From the IMG/VR virus record IMGVR_UViG_3300022744_000001, positions 66,022 through 130,021 of that record: a DNA stretch of 64,000 bases; one strand, written 5' to 3'. The DNA comes from a virus. This document shows, piece after piece, positions 63,629 to 64,000 of the stretch. The notes beneath the pieces are model-generated. The model was not told the origin of the DNA and searched no databases. It was given only the letters and a program-made list of their open reading frames with translations. Made by a program: the position numbers and the translations under genes. How positions within the stretch are numbered: position 1 is the first letter of the stretch; the number at the start of each line of letters is the position of its first letter.

Positions 63629-64000
63629 ATGTCGAAAGAGCTGCAAGCCAAGACCACTGACCTCGTCGCCAAGACCGCGGGCGGGAAGACCTTTCACGAC
63701 TTCTTGAAGAAGGCCCAGGCCGACTTCATGGGCGAGGTGGCGAAGATCGTCAACGCCAAGCAGAAGTACGTCAAGGCCAAGCTTGCTGGCGGCGTGAGCA
63801 CTTCGTTCGTGTCCTTCGAGGGTGTGGACACGAGCGACATCGAGCTGGAGGGGTTCCTCTGGCTCATCATGCTCGACGAGCACACGGTCAAGTACGGTGT
63901 GCAGATCGACAAGAGCCAGCGTGGTCGTCACGAGGAGGAGCGCACCCTCAAAACGGGCGAGGTGGACGCGGAGATGATTGCGCGCCTCCTCTATCCCTTC
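63629..64000 (+). CDS. hypothetical protein, 5' part only (MSKELQAKTTDLVAKTAGGK...), runs off window end
   Basis: M1 upstream; open to window edge. Confidence 0.5.
   Translation, partial: MSKELQAKTTDLVAKTAGGKTFHDFLKKAQADFMGEVAKIVNAKQKYVKAKLAGGVSTSFVSFEGVDTSDIELEGFLWLIMLDEHTVKYGVQIDKSQRGRHEEERTLKTGEVDAEMIARLLYPF

Noticed and set aside
1-64000. Integrase, terminase, portal, capsid, DNA polymerase
   Set aside because: Searched by eye for the characteristic motifs; none found, so no such calls are made and an integration boundary cannot be asserted.

Overview
This GC-rich 64 kb window is a dense array of about 140 mostly small genes with prokaryotic organisation. Adjacent genes show ATGA/GTGA stop-start overlaps, GGAGG-like ribosome-binding sites occur, most long reading frames on the opposite strand are antisense artefacts, and minus-strand genes dominate. 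No terminase, capsid, portal, polymerase or integrase is recognisable, so I read it as an accessory or early-type region of a large phage or other mobile element rather than core chromosome. The host cannot be determined.

The main findings are:
- a full-length major vault protein (MVP) homolog (30822-33458);
- two highly reiterated start-proximal DNA motifs, each seen about 30 times. Motif 1 (M1) is TATAG(A/G)A-N13-GCGCGTT(A/C)(C/A)(C/T)AGGAC-ATG. Motif 2 (M2) is CCGGTGTAG(C/T)-N6-9-ATG, often as a palindrome between divergent genes;
- orphan M1 copies that drive no ORF but sit in front of conserved G-rich non-coding elements, which are small-RNA candidates.

Other recognisable genes include a free-standing GIY-YIG homing endonuclease, a GAF-GGDEF diguanylate cyclase, a glycine-rich tail-fibre-like protein, several HExxH metallopeptidase-like proteins (one a metzincin), four DnaJ/anti-TRAP-type CxxCxGxG zinc-finger proteins, a ParB-like nuclease-domain protein, a HicB-like protein, a ubiquitin-like beta-grasp protein, an ATP-grasp ligase, a ribbon-helix-helix (RHH) regulator next to a repeat-rich operator region, and a Tat-signal protein. 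A repeat-rich 380 bp non-coding region (49950-50329) is a candidate origin or packaging site.

Coordinates of short motifs are approximate (about +/-2 nt). All functional calls rest on by-eye motif recognition; no database search was possible.
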